A DNA stretch of 64,000 bases, taken from NCBI GenBank assembly GCA_900542735.1, contig UQOS01000002.1:7545-71544 (forward strand), in the 5' to 3' direction. The position numbers and the translations under genes are program-made. Each line of letters opens with the position of its first letter. Positions within the stretch are counted from its first letter, which is position 1. This document shows, piece by piece, positions 40,837-50,383 of this stretch. The DNA is from an uncultured Mycoplasmatota bacterium (GTDB lineage Bacteria; Bacillota_I; Bacilli_A; RF39; UBA660). The notes below the pieces were generated by a model. That model was not told the DNA's origin. It did not search any database and saw only the letters and a list, made by a program, of their open reading frames with translations.

Positions 40837-41161
40837 TTATAATGTTTCGAATTGTCTTAATAGGAATAATATCACCATCTACCGTAATTAAATTATCATT
40901 TAATTTACCAGCTACTTTAGTATCATAAGTTTTAGTATCTGTCTCTATCATGACATGAATATTAAAAACATAACGACTACTTTTAAAAAGTTTTCTAATT
41001 TCTGTTTCTACACTATTAAGAGAATCTTGACTAATAGGAGTATCGACACTACGATATTCCTTTTTTTTATCATCTTGTAATCCTGCATAATACACTTTTT
41101 TATTATTATCATGACTACTACTTACATCTTTTTTAAAAATTTTAGGTAATTCTTTTTTCAT
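40820..41161 (-). CDS. hypothetical protein (possible CotO-like spore coat motif, tentative)
   Basis: 113 aa. The C-terminal FNIHVMIETDTKTYDTKVAGKLNDNLITVDGDIIPIKTIRNIIIKD resembles the conserved C-terminal pattern of CotO-family proteins. Confidence 0.6.
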   Translation of the reverse strand: MKKELPKIFKKDVSSSHDNNKKVYYAGLQDDKKKEYRSVDTPISQDSLNSVETEIRKLFKSSRYVFNIHVMIETDTKTYDTKVAGKLNDNLITVDGDIIPIKTIRNIIIKDRF

Positions 41162-41239
41162 ACAACCTTTCCTTTCAATATATTCTATTCTAAATAAATA
41201 TTTTTAAAACTTTTTTCCATATTAATAAAGAGGGATAAA

Positions 41240-42373
41240 ATGATGAAACTAAAAAAATTTAAACTAAATAAATCACTAATAATTTGCGTATTTATTTTCA
41301 TGATAATTAGTATAGTAACAATTTATAGTGCTATGACCTACTTACCAGACTATTTAGGAAATTTAGCATTCAAACAGTTTATGTGGTATTTAGTTGGTTT
41401 TTTCATGATAATTATTGTGAATAAAATATCAGTAGAAAACATATACTATTTTAATTGGTACATATATATTACTAGCATTTTATTACTAGCTATCTTGTTA
41501 GTGATAGGAGAACCTATTAATGGCAGTAAATGTTGGTTTACCATTCCTAAAATTGGATCTATTCAACCAAGTGAATTTGCTAAGATTAGTTTAATTTTAA
41601 CAGTAAGTATCATAACCGAAAACTGGGCAAAAAAAATAAGAAAAGTCCCCACTTTAAAAGAAGAAATAATATTACTAGCTAAAATATTTATAATATGGCT
41701 AATTCCTTCTTTTTTAACTTTTCTAGAGCCAGATACAGGTGCCATTTTTATTTATAGCATTATCGTAATAGCAATTTTATTTGTATCTCCTTTAAGAAAA
41801 AGATGGTTTATTCTTGCAATGATATTAATAGGAATTGGATTAGGTAGTTTTTTATTTTTATACTTCTTGAAAAAAGATATATTTGTAAATATATTTGGTA
41901 CCGAATTATTCTACCGAATTGATCGACTTTTAGACTGGAAAAATGGAACAGGTATGCAGTTAGAAAATTCTTTAACATCAATTGGCTCTAGTAGTATTTT
42001 AGGACATGGTTACAATAAAACACCCATTTATTTTCCAGAGTCAGGAACCGATTTTATTTTCGCTGTATATGCATCTAATTTTGGACTATTAGGAAGTATC
42101 TTTTTAATAGTTATAATCTTATATTTTGATATTACCATTATAAAAATTGCCAAAAATGCTAGTAATATTACTGAAAAATTCACAGCAGTTGGCATTTTAG
42201 GAATCCTAGTATATCAGCAAATTCAAAATATAGGTATGACACTGGGAATTCTACCAATTACTGGAATTACTTTACCATTTATTAGCTATGGTGGTTCTTC
42301 ACTACTTTCTTATATGTTAATGATTGGCATTTTATTAAATATTCATAATGACACTTATAAAACTATTAATTAA
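41240..42373 (+). CDS. FtsW/RodA/SpoVE-family (SEDS) peptidoglycan polymerase
   Basis: 377 aa and polytopic. Typical SEDS motifs (IQPSEFAKI, EPDTGA, TDFIFA, LPITGITLPFISYGGSS). GAGGGA RBS. Confidence 0.9.
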   Translation: MMKLKKFKLNKSLIICVFIFMIISIVTIYSAMTYLPDYLGNLAFKQFMWYLVGFFMIIIVNKISVENIYYFNWYIYITSILLLAILLVIGEPINGSKCWFTIPKIGSIQPSEFAKISLILTVSIITENWAKKIRKVPTLKEEIILLAKIFIIWLIPSFLTFLEPDTGAIFIYSIIVIAILFVSPLRKRWFILAMILIGIGLGSFLFLYFLKKDIFVNIFGTELFYRIDRLLDWKNGTGMQLENSLTSIGSSSILGHGYNKTPIYFPESGTDFIFAVYASNFGLLGSIFLIVIILYFDITIIKIAKNASNITEKFTAVGILGILVYQQIQNIGMTLGILPITGITLPFISYGGSSLLSYMLMIGILLNIHNDTYKTIN

Positions 42374-42558
42374 AAATTTAAATGGTAAATAAAAATGCTA
42401 GAAAATTAAAATACAACCTTAGAGTAGACATTAAAGACTTACATCAAAAATCTAGTGTTTTTTTGTTTAATTAGGTACTATTACGTTAATATTAGAGGCT
42501 AAAAAGTAATGATAATATTTACTAAATTGAAACTATCTAGAAATTAAAAAAAGAAGCA

Positions 42559-43569
42559 CTATTTTTGTTTTAGTACTTCTTCGTAAACACTTTTTAACTG
42601 CTTTCCAATATTTTTTTGATCTCTTTCAATAGCTACTGGGTAAGCATTTTTACTAACACTTTTTAATTTGCCACTCATAAATTCTTTAATTTTAAATTCA
42701 AAATCATCAACATCTTTTGCTTTATAGACATTTTTTCCATCTTCTAGCCAACCATCAAAGATAGGAATATCACGAATAATAGCATCTGTACCACAAGAGA
42801 TTGCTTCAATAATAGGAATTCCTTCCGTTTCTTCAAAAGTTGGAAATAAATATAAGTTGCACCCATTTAAAGCTGCTCTAATCATATCTCTTTCTACATA
42901 TCCAGCAAAAGTTAAGTTATCTAATTTTGTATTTACCGCTTTTCTAACTGGTTCGGTTGCTACTGCTAAAGGACTGTAACCAAACCAAATAAATTTATAT
43001 TCAGGCATTCTTTTAGCAAGTTCTACAAAATCAACAATACCTTTTCGTTCAATATATAAACCAATTCCTACAATAATCTTGTCATTTTCAGTATATCCAT
43101 ATTTTTTTCTAAATTCTTCTCCATATTTTTTATTCTTTATAAAAAAGTCTAATTCTACTCCATTTGATATAGCATATATCTTTTTATTTTCTAATCCCTT
43201 ATACCCTTCTAATAAGTTTTTAGAATAGATAGTAGGCGTAATAATGACATCACCAAGTGAATAACACTTAATCAGCCACCATTTAATAAGTTTAGAAGTT
43301 TGTTTTGCTAAAATAAACCCATTTTTATAATCTTCTTCTGTAGAATGAGCATGGTAAACAATCTTTTTGCCCTTTCTTTTCGCACGCTTAGCCATAAAAT
43401 AAGATTTTAGAAACCAAGTATTGATATGTAAAATATCATAATCATCTTTAGGATTTAAGGTATAATCAATATTTTCATCTTCCAACGCTTTCATTTGGTG
43501 TTGAATTGCTTTACCTAAGCCACTCTTTCCTATTGTTTTTAAACCTTCCGCATATAATAAAATTTTCAT
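42559..43569 (-). CDS. GT4-family glycosyltransferase
   Basis: Preferred start is the ATG at 43569 (MKILLYAEG); the ORF also extends to a GTG at 43590. The GT-B C-terminal region carries an EETEGIPIIEA (E-x7-E) motif. Confidence 0.8.
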   Translation of the reverse strand: MKILLYAEGLKTIGKSGLGKAIQHQMKALEDENIDYTLNPKDDYDILHINTWFLKSYFMAKRAKRKGKKIVYHAHSTEEDYKNGFILAKQTSKLIKWWLIKCYSLGDVIITPTIYSKNLLEGYKGLENKKIYAISNGVELDFFIKNKKYGEEFRKKYGYTENDKIIVGIGLYIERKGIVDFVELAKRMPEYKFIWFGYSPLAVATEPVRKAVNTKLDNLTFAGYVERDMIRAALNGCNLYLFPTFEETEGIPIIEAISCGTDAIIRDIPIFDGWLEDGKNVYKAKDVDDFEFKIKEFMSGKLKSVSKNAYPVAIERDQKNIGKQLKSVYEEVLKQK

Positions 43570-43632
43570 ATTAAATTTAATTCCTTTCACTTTGTTTTAG
43601 ACATTATATCTATGAAAAATAATTATTTTTAA

Positions 43633-44136
43633 CTATCTTCCTCCCATAGAATTTTCACCTTTTAAGCTTTCATCTACATAGTGCATTAAAAGTTTACTAC
43701 CTTGTTTTAAATCATCAATATTTTCATATAAAGAATAAAAACTTTCTGTTTCTTCATTATATTTTTCCAAGAAAATACATTTGATTTTATCAATTTCTTC
43801 TTGATAAGCAGTTAGAATTTCTTTTTGTATAAGTGTTGTTTTAACAGGTAAATAAAATTGAGCAGAGCTTATACTGTCATTAGAAAATAGCTTATGATTT
43901 TCATAAATAATATTTCCATCTTGAATTAGCATATTAAAAAAGAAAAATTTAGAAGTATCATCATCTCTAGAAAAGGTTAAACCAAAAGAGTTTCGTATTA
44001 AATAAGGATTTCGTTTAGAAAAATCTTGTAAATACTGATAATGATTTACATATTTATTATTGCATGATATTTCCATCACTTCACCACTAGGTCTTATTAT
44101 CATATAAACAATGTCTTGTAACACTTCTATCACCAC
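43633..44136 (-). CDS. hypothetical protein
   Basis: 167-aa ORF with no family recognised. Confidence 0.6.
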   Translation of the reverse strand: MVIEVLQDIVYMIIRPSGEVMEISCNNKYVNHYQYLQDFSKRNPYLIRNSFGLTFSRDDDTSKFFFFNMLIQDGNIIYENHKLFSNDSISSAQFYLPVKTTLIQKEILTAYQEEIDKIKCIFLEKYNEETESFYSLYENIDDLKQGSKLLMHYVDESLKGENSMGGR

Positions 44137-44169
44137 TTTATTATTATATCATCAAAAAACAAACAAAGA

Positions 44170-44197
44170 AAGAAAAAAACTAGGCATCAACCTAGTT
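44170..44197 (-). terminator. rho-independent terminator after tRNA-Glu
   Basis: Minus strand reads AAACTAGG-TTGATG-CCTAGTTT followed by TTTTC. Confidence 0.65.
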
Positions 44198-44206
44198 TAG
44201 TATCAA

Positions 44207-44284
44207 ATGGTGATCTGTACGGGATTCGAACCCGAGAATGCCACCTTGAGAGGGTGGTGTGTTAAGCCACTTCACCAACAGACC
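44207..44284 (-). tRNA. tRNA-Glu (CTC) with an atypical T-arm
   Basis: Acceptor GGTCTGT/ACAGATC, anticodon arm CCACC-CTCTCAA-GGTGG, encoded CCA. It is 78 nt, and the T-arm TCGGG-TTCGAATC-CCCGT needs an 8-nt loop or a mismatch. Confidence 0.7.
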
Positions 44285-44373
44285 AAAAGTCAACCTAATG
44301 ACTTTTATAGTTTAACATAACTTAAATCAAAAAGGCAATCATTTATGAATATTTTTTGTAATTTAAAAATTTA

Positions 44374-44661
44374 CTACTTTTTCATTTCATTGAGGCGAGC
44401 TCTAATTAATAATGTCAACTCCATAGAACCCTTAACCTTAGGCAATATAAGTAAAGCATCTTGTAGTTTTGTCTTTAAAGGTAATTTTTCAAGTTCATCT
44501 GCTATTTTGTAATAATCTATTGGTATTGGATAAAGTTGTATAAAACTACGAATATAATCTTCTATATCTTTTAAAACATATACTTTTGATGTATATTCAT
44601 CTATTTCTGAAACTCCATAATAGCCACTAACTAATAATCTAAATTCTTCTTCTAAAGTCAT
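44374..44661 (-). CDS. hypothetical protein
   Basis: 95-aa ORF with helical character and no family recognised. Confidence 0.6.
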   Translation of the reverse strand: MTLEEEFRLLVSGYYGVSEIDEYTSKVYVLKDIEDYIRSFIQLYPIPIDYYKIADELEKLPLKTKLQDALLILPKVKGSMELTLLIRARLNEMKK

Positions 44662-44690
44662 AAAAACTCCTATTATTATATTTAATATTG

Positions 44691-45293
44691 TTAATTACAT
44701 TCTGTGCAGATATTGCTACCAGTGTCTGCTATCATTTTTTCTAATTTTTCTTTTAAGTCATTAACTTCATCTGTATTCCAATACTCATCTGGTGTTTCAA
44801 ATCCTTTTGTATCCCAAGCTGTTTCATCATCAAAACCAACGATTTCTCCCTTTTTTAAAGCAATGACACTTGGTACATAAATGCGTTTATTACCTTCTTC
44901 ATCATTTTGTAAATAATTTTCTAAAATCGATACAATTTTCTGATAATTTTCAGTGTTTAGCTTTCTATCTTCACGAATATTATAGTAGTATACTTTACTA
45001 ATACCCATGTCCATAGATACTTCATTTAAATATTTAGTATATCTCTGACACCATTTACATTCAGGAAATCCTAAATACACAATACCAGTTCCCTTTTCCA
45101 AAATATTAATAATTTCATCAATATTACGATATACAAATACATTATTCTTAGCTACTTCATGATATTCAGCACTAAATTTTTCCATATCACTTGCTGTTTT
45201 TTTATCTTTCTTTAAAAATAAAACTAAACTTACTACTCCAATCATAAATAAAATGATTGCACTAACTAAAATCATGATTCTTTTCTTTTTCAT
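44691..45293 (-). CDS. membrane-anchored thioredoxin-like protein
   Basis: 200 aa. N-terminal TM, then VYLGFPECKWCQRY with a CxxC active-site-like motif. A further CTEC lies at the C-terminus. Confidence 0.75.
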   Translation of the reverse strand: MKKKRIMILVSAIILFMIGVVSLVLFLKKDKKTASDMEKFSAEYHEVAKNNVFVYRNIDEIINILEKGTGIVYLGFPECKWCQRYTKYLNEVSMDMGISKVYYYNIREDRKLNTENYQKIVSILENYLQNDEEGNKRIYVPSVIALKKGEIVGFDDETAWDTKGFETPDEYWNTDEVNDLKEKLEKMIADTGSNICTECN

Positions 45294-45316
45294 ACAAACC
45301 TCTCTACAATTTACAA

Positions 45317-46444
45317 CTATATTTTAATTTTCTTCTTATTCAATCTATCGTTAGTTACTTTTCTTAAAATTGCATATAAGATAGATGCCAGTGGAAGCCC
45401 TATTATCATTCCTACAATTCCAAACATACTTCCACCTAAAATAACGGCCATTAATGTCCACATAGAAGCAAGACCAACTGACTTTCCAACTACTTTAGGG
45501 TAAATAAAATTATTTTCTATTTGTTGAATTACTTGGAAAACAATAATAAATAGAACAGCTTCAAGTGGATTAGTAACAGCTATTAATAACGCACCTATAA
45601 TCATAGCTATCATAGCTCCAAACATTGGAATTAATGCTGTAACTGTAGTTATTACTGAAATAATTAAAGCATATGGAAAACGAAGAAGTGTTAAAACAAC
45701 AAAGAAAATAGTTCCTAAAATAAAAGCTTCTACACACTGTCCAGATATAAACTTCGAAAAAGTACGATTTGATAAAGAAGCAATGTCTGTAATTTTTTCT
45801 ACATGATCTTTCTTCAAATAAGCATACATCATTTTGGTAACTCCGCGATGCAAATATTCCTTTTGACTAAGCATATAGACAGCAAATACAATAGCCGTAA
45901 AAATAGTAAATAAACTAGAAATTAAGGAAGTAATAAAATTTATAGAACCATTAATGATATAATTTAAAACATTTATCATAATATTATTAACATTTGTAGT
46001 ATCTTTAAACACTTCTTGAATTTTAGTCTGTATTTCTGGATAATTTCCTGCTAGATTTAAAATCCAAGTTTGAATATTCTCAAAAAAATGAGGAATATTT
46101 TTAATCAGCAATTGAATATTGTCAATTAATTCTGGTATTAATAAAAAGCAGATTAATAAGATAAAAGCGAGAAAGAAAACTAGTGATAAAGTAATAGAAA
46201 TGGTTCTAATTGGAAGTTTAGTATTTTTATTTTTAAGTTTACCTTTTATAAATGATTCAATTTTTGTCATTGGAATATTTAAAATAAAAGCAATTATGGC
46301 ACCTATGATAAAAGGAATCAGTAAATGAATAAAATGGGAAAGAAATCCCAAAACTAATTCTAAATTACTAAGAATCCAAAAAAGTCCGATGCCAAAAGAA
46401 ATTAGAATCATTAATTGTTGCATATTCTTTTTATTTAGTTCCAT
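45317..46444 (-). CDS. AI-2E family transporter (PerM/YtvI-like)
   Basis: 375 aa and polytopic. The conserved C-terminal region is IENNFIYPKVVGKSVGLASMWTLMAVILGG..GMIIGLPLA. Confidence 0.85.
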   Translation of the reverse strand: MELNKKNMQQLMILISFGIGLFWILSNLELVLGFLSHFIHLLIPFIIGAIIAFILNIPMTKIESFIKGKLKNKNTKLPIRTISITLSLVFFLAFILLICFLLIPELIDNIQLLIKNIPHFFENIQTWILNLAGNYPEIQTKIQEVFKDTTNVNNIMINVLNYIINGSINFITSLISSLFTIFTAIVFAVYMLSQKEYLHRGVTKMMYAYLKKDHVEKITDIASLSNRTFSKFISGQCVEAFILGTIFFVVLTLLRFPYALIISVITTVTALIPMFGAMIAMIIGALLIAVTNPLEAVLFIIVFQVIQQIENNFIYPKVVGKSVGLASMWTLMAVILGGSMFGIVGMIIGLPLASILYAILRKVTNDRLNKKKIKI

Positions 46445-46492
46445 AGTATCAAATCCTTTTCTAGTAATATTATATAATTTTTTTTGCTATTT

Positions 46493-46525
46493 TAAAAGAA
46501 AAGAATAGAAATAAACTTCTATTCT
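46493..46525 (-). terminator. rho-independent terminator after gltX
   Basis: Minus strand reads AGAATAGAA-GTTTAT-TTCTATTCT followed by TTTCTTTT. Confidence 0.65.
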
Positions 46526-46536
46526 AGTTAATCATT

Positions 46537-48189
46537 TTACATAAACCTATAAAATCTACTAATAATTCTATCTTTTCCTAATAGTTTTAGTATTTCATAT
46601 AAATCAGGTGTCATAGAGCTGGTAGTAGCTGCAACACGAATAACAGTAGAAACATCAGCAACGCTGCCCTTATACATATCTGGATTTTCCCTATAAGCTT
46701 TCATATCAGCACAATATCCTAATTCTTCTGTTAAATCCTTAATTTTATGAAACCATGTGTCCTTATCATCAGCAGCATCATAGTATTTTTCAATGTATGT
46801 TTTTAAAATTGTTTTAACTTCTTCCTTATCTGTGATTTTACCAAAATTGTATGTTACATCATTATTAAAATACTCATCATACATATACCAAATATTACTT
46901 TTAATAGATGAAAATGATTCAAAGTCTTTACGAGGCTTTTTTTGTTCTCTTTCAATATTTAAAATAGAAATAGAATAATCTTTGTATTTTTCTAAAATAG
47001 TAGCAAATTCTGTATCAAATTCTTTAGCCCAAGTAAGAGCTTTTTCATATACTTCACTAGCTTTTAATCTACTGATATAGCTTTTGGAGATATTTAATAA
47101 CTTTTCTAAATCAAATAAAGAACCACTAACACTCATCTTCTTAAAATCAAATTTAAAATCATCGATTCCAAGTGTCGGATTTTGATCCCACCAACCTTCA
47201 AAATTAGAATTAGCAATAGTCATTAGATAAAGTTTTACTGCTTCTACTGGAATACCTTTTTGATGATAATAGCTAACTGCAGCTTCAGGATCCTTTCTTT
47301 TAGAAAGTTTACGCCTTGTTCCATCTTCATCAATTTTCATAACTACACCTAAGTGAGCATATTTTGGAGTTTTAAAACCTAGTACTTGGAATAATTGTAG
47401 ATGAACTGGAGTTGATGAAATCCATTCTTCTCCTCTTAAAACATGAGTAGTACGCATTAAATGATCATCAATAACATGGGCAAAATGGTATAAAGGTAAT
47501 CCATCACTCTTAATTAAAACGATATCCATATCATTTTCCGGAAATTCAATTTTTCCGCGTACTAAATCATTTAATACAATTTTCTTATTAAAATTACCCG
47601 GTGACTTTAATCGAATAATATAAGGAACACCATTCTTTATTTTTTCAGCACGCTCTTCATTGGTTAAGAAACGACATTTTGCATAGCTACCATAGATGCC
47701 TATTCTTTCTTTATTTAATTCCTGCATTTTTCTAGTTTCGTCAATTTCTTCTTGAGTACAAAAGCATGGATAAGCAAGGCCTTCTTCTACTAAATGTTTA
47801 GCATAAGTATCATAAATTTCTTTTCTTTCACTTTGAATGTATGGACCATATTTACCAATTTGTTCTGTTTCTGATACAACACCCTCATCGATTTTTATAT
47901 CAAAATTATTTAAATCATCAATAATACCTTGAACACCATTTTCAACACTACGCTTGCCATCAGTATCTTCTATTCTTAAGTAAAAAACACCATTTGTTTC
48001 TTTTGGAACTTTGCTAGCAATAAAAGCTGATAATAAACTTCCCATGTGTACAAATCCAGTTGGACTAGGTGCAAAACGAGATACAACTGCTCCTTCAGGT
48101 AAATTTCTTTCAGGGTATAATGCTTCATAATAATCAACATCATGTTTTACATTAGGAAACATTAACTCTGCTAATTCTTTATTCGTCAT
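46537..48189 (-). CDS. gltX: glutamate--tRNA ligase (long form)
   Basis: 550 aa. RFAPSPTGFVHMGS (HIGH-type), LRIEDTDGKRS and KLSKRK (KMSKS-type), which is the GluRS pattern rather than GlnRS. Confidence 0.88.
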   Translation of the reverse strand: MTNKELAELMFPNVKHDVDYYEALYPERNLPEGAVVSRFAPSPTGFVHMGSLLSAFIASKVPKETNGVFYLRIEDTDGKRSVENGVQGIIDDLNNFDIKIDEGVVSETEQIGKYGPYIQSERKEIYDTYAKHLVEEGLAYPCFCTQEEIDETRKMQELNKERIGIYGSYAKCRFLTNEERAEKIKNGVPYIIRLKSPGNFNKKIVLNDLVRGKIEFPENDMDIVLIKSDGLPLYHFAHVIDDHLMRTTHVLRGEEWISSTPVHLQLFQVLGFKTPKYAHLGVVMKIDEDGTRRKLSKRKDPEAAVSYYHQKGIPVEAVKLYLMTIANSNFEGWWDQNPTLGIDDFKFDFKKMSVSGSLFDLEKLLNISKSYISRLKASEVYEKALTWAKEFDTEFATILEKYKDYSISILNIEREQKKPRKDFESFSSIKSNIWYMYDEYFNNDVTYNFGKITDKEEVKTILKTYIEKYYDAADDKDTWFHKIKDLTEELGYCADMKAYRENPDMYKGSVADVSTVIRVAATTSSMTPDLYEILKLLGKDRIISRFYRFM

Positions 48190-48393
48190 GATATCACATT
48201 CCTTTTCTGTTTATATTTTATAATATTTTTAAAAAATATACAATCTCTTTCAATTTGGGTCCAATATTTTTCTAATCATTAATCTTAACTATAAATACAA
48301 ATAGTTTTAAAAAGTTTTTATTGTTTATTAAGGACAGTATTTTTAGTCAATAATTTCAATAAATTTATAAAACTTTACCAAAACTCAAACTTT

Positions 48394-48425
48394 CAAAAAA
48401 TAAAATCCTTATTATTTAAGGATTT
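48394..48425 (-). terminator. rho-independent terminator after tRNA-Gln(CTG)
   Basis: Minus strand reads AAATCCTTA-AATAA-TAAGGATTT followed by TATTTTTT. Confidence 0.65.
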
Positions 48426-48434
48426 ATTACATAT

Positions 48435-48509
48435 TGGCTGCCCCAGTTAGATTCGAACTAACGCATAATAGATTCAGAGTCTACTGCCTTACCGCTTGGC
48501 TATGGGGCA
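48435..48509 (-). tRNA. tRNA-Gln (CTG)
   Basis: Acceptor TGCCCCA/TGGGGCA (U1-A72), anticodon arm GTAGA-CTCTGAA-TCTAT, T-loop TTCGAAT, encoded CCA. Confidence 0.88.
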
Positions 48510-48553
48510 ATAACACTATAAATCTTAACATAGTTCCAATCAAAATTCAATCA

Positions 48554-49198
48554 TTACTGAATATCTTTTACGACTTTTTCAATATAATTTTTTATATCAG
48601 AGCTTGGTGCTTTCTTTAAGAAGAAGGAAAGAAAATTATCACGATTAATTGTTTGTACTAAGAAATCATAATCAACCTCTTTTAATACAGTCATCATATC
48701 TTTATGCGTAATTTTTTTGATATTATCTAAAATTTTCTTATTCTCCTGTTCTTTCTCTCTTCTCTCAACAGGATAACCACCACCAAAACTATTAGCAAAT
48801 AATTTTTCAAAGAGATAAGTAAGAGTTAATTCACTTCCCCAACCAAAACCTTTTGCAAAAGGAATACTAATAGCATTACCAGCATTAATTTGACTAAATA
48901 AATAAGCATCTGTTGCATCGTTAATTAAACCACATTCTACATTGGGAAAACTATTTAAGGCAAGCATAGCCCCTTCACCTGTTCCACAGCCTGTTACTAC
49001 AAAATCAACAGCTTTACTATTTAGTAAAATTGCTGCCATTAAACCACTTTGGACATAAGTAAGATTAGGGTCACTACCAGAGGTCATACCTAAATTATAT
49101 AATTCATACTTCTTTTCTTGACATACTTGATTAAGAGCATTAAAAATAACTTGATTTTTATCAGCTTGACTATTTTCATTAATTAAAGCAATTTTCAT
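48554..49198 (-). CDS. RpiB/LacA/LacB-family sugar-phosphate isomerase with a C-terminal extension
   Basis: Preferred start is the ATG at 49198 (MKIALINE), after a GAAGG RBS. VVTGCGTGEGAMLALNSFPNVECGLINDATDA parallels the RpiB active-site region. Confidence 0.72.
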   Translation of the reverse strand: MKIALINENSQADKNQVIFNALNQVCQEKKYELYNLGMTSGSDPNLTYVQSGLMAAILLNSKAVDFVVTGCGTGEGAMLALNSFPNVECGLINDATDAYLFSQINAGNAISIPFAKGFGWGSELTLTYLFEKLFANSFGGGYPVERREKEQENKKILDNIKKITHKDMMTVLKEVDYDFLVQTINRDNFLSFFLKKAPSSDIKNYIEKVVKDIQ

Positions 49199-49276
49199 TA
49201 AAATACCTTCTTTCATTTTATATTATAGATTAAAATTAAAAAAATCCGAACTATAAGTCCAGATCTAATTCAAATA

Positions 49277-49352
49277 TGGTGGAGCATAACGGGATCGAAC
49301 CGTTGACCTCCACGGTGCAAACGTGGCGCTCTCCCAGCTGAGCTAATGCCCC
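49277..49352 (-). tRNA. tRNA-Ala (TGC)
   Basis: Acceptor GGGGCAT/ATGCTCC with the G3:U70 identity pair, anticodon arm CCACG-TTTGCAC-CGTGG, encoded CCA. Confidence 0.9.
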
Positions 49353-49405
49353 ATATTATCACTTAATACAGTTTTAATAGGCATACAAACTGCATCAGTG
49401 ATTTA

Positions 49406-49434
49406 ATAATACCCTAGCATTTAAAAAAAGTCAA
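49406..49434 (-). promoter_or_regulatory. candidate sigma-A promoter of tRNA-Ala
   Basis: Minus strand has TTGACT (49434-29), a 17-nt spacer and TATTAT (49411-06). Confidence 0.5.
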
Positions 49435-49678
49435 TACTTATTTTAAAATATTTCAAATTATTCAAATTTTTGTGGTTGATTAGTAATTTTATATTACTAA
49501 TTAACAATTTTGCATCCTTTTGAATTTTAAAGATTTTAAATTTCTCTGCAATTGAAACTTTAATAAGAAACTAAATTATATCGAAAATATATTATCATAT
49601 AAAAATATTAAATCAAAATAATTTTTTCAAACACCAACTCATTTTAGAACTATATCTGCAAAAATAATTATTCTAAAT

Positions 49679-50383
49679 TTATTTACTTTTTGATGAAATA
49701 ACGAAAGCTTCGAATATTTTCCCCATAGAATAATCATAGTTAATCATACTTTCAGGGTGCCATTGAACACCAAGAGCAAATTTACAGTTTGGAATACTAA
49801 TTGCCTCGATTAAGCCATCTTCAGAATATGCCTCTATATGAAAATAAGGTTTAGGCGTAATATGATAATTATGTCTACTATTTACTGTTATTTTATCTGT
49901 ATTTAAAATTTGATATAAAATGCCAGGCATAATAAAACAATCATGAACATATTTTTTATCAATTTGGCAATGATTAATATTTGTATCGTTTCTTACGGTA
50001 AAATCATGATTTCCATCAATATCAAAAACATCTATGCTTCCTAAAATTTGCATACCCAAGCAAATGCCTAAAATAGGAATATTATTTTTTAAAGCATAGG
50101 CACAAATATATTCATCAAAATCATACCAACAATACCCACCTGGCATAAGAATGCCATCACATTTTTCTAAAATTAAAGATAAGTCGTTCTTTTCATCATC
50201 AGTTAAATGATGTCCTATATTAGGCTGTGAAATTCCATAGTAGAAAGTATCATTAGGAACGATTTCTATAGGAATTCCTCCAGCCTTTACTATGGCTATT
50301 CGATATTCTTCGTTTAGCTGTATTACAGGCTGATTTTCTAGCAAATAACTTCTTCCTACTATTCCAATAATTGGCTTTTTCAC
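49679..50383 (-). CDS. class I glutamine amidotransferase-like (peptidase C26 / gamma-glutamyl-GABA hydrolase family) protein
   Basis: 234 aa with a GTG start after GGAGGA. PIIGIVGR, ILMPGG, nucleophile elbow PILGICLGMQILG and VQWHPE. Confidence 0.85.
   Translation of the reverse strand: MKKPIIGIVGRSYLLENQPVIQLNEEYRIAIVKAGGIPIEIVPNDTFYYGISQPNIGHHLTDDEKNDLSLILEKCDGILMPGGYCWYDFDEYICAYALKNNIPILGICLGMQILGSIDVFDIDGNHDFTVRNDTNINHCQIDKKYVHDCFIMPGILYQILNTDKITVNSRHNYHITPKPYFHIEAYSEDGLIEAISIPNCKFALGVQWHPESMINYDYSMGKIFEAFVISSKSK

Noticed and set aside
48190-48393. A T-box or other leader RNA upstream of gltX.
   Set aside because: The 240-bp leader is almost pure A/T. It has no specifier-loop or T-box consensus (AGGGTGGNACCGCG-like) and no terminator/antiterminator pair. 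The only hairpin there is the terminator of the upstream tRNA-Gln.
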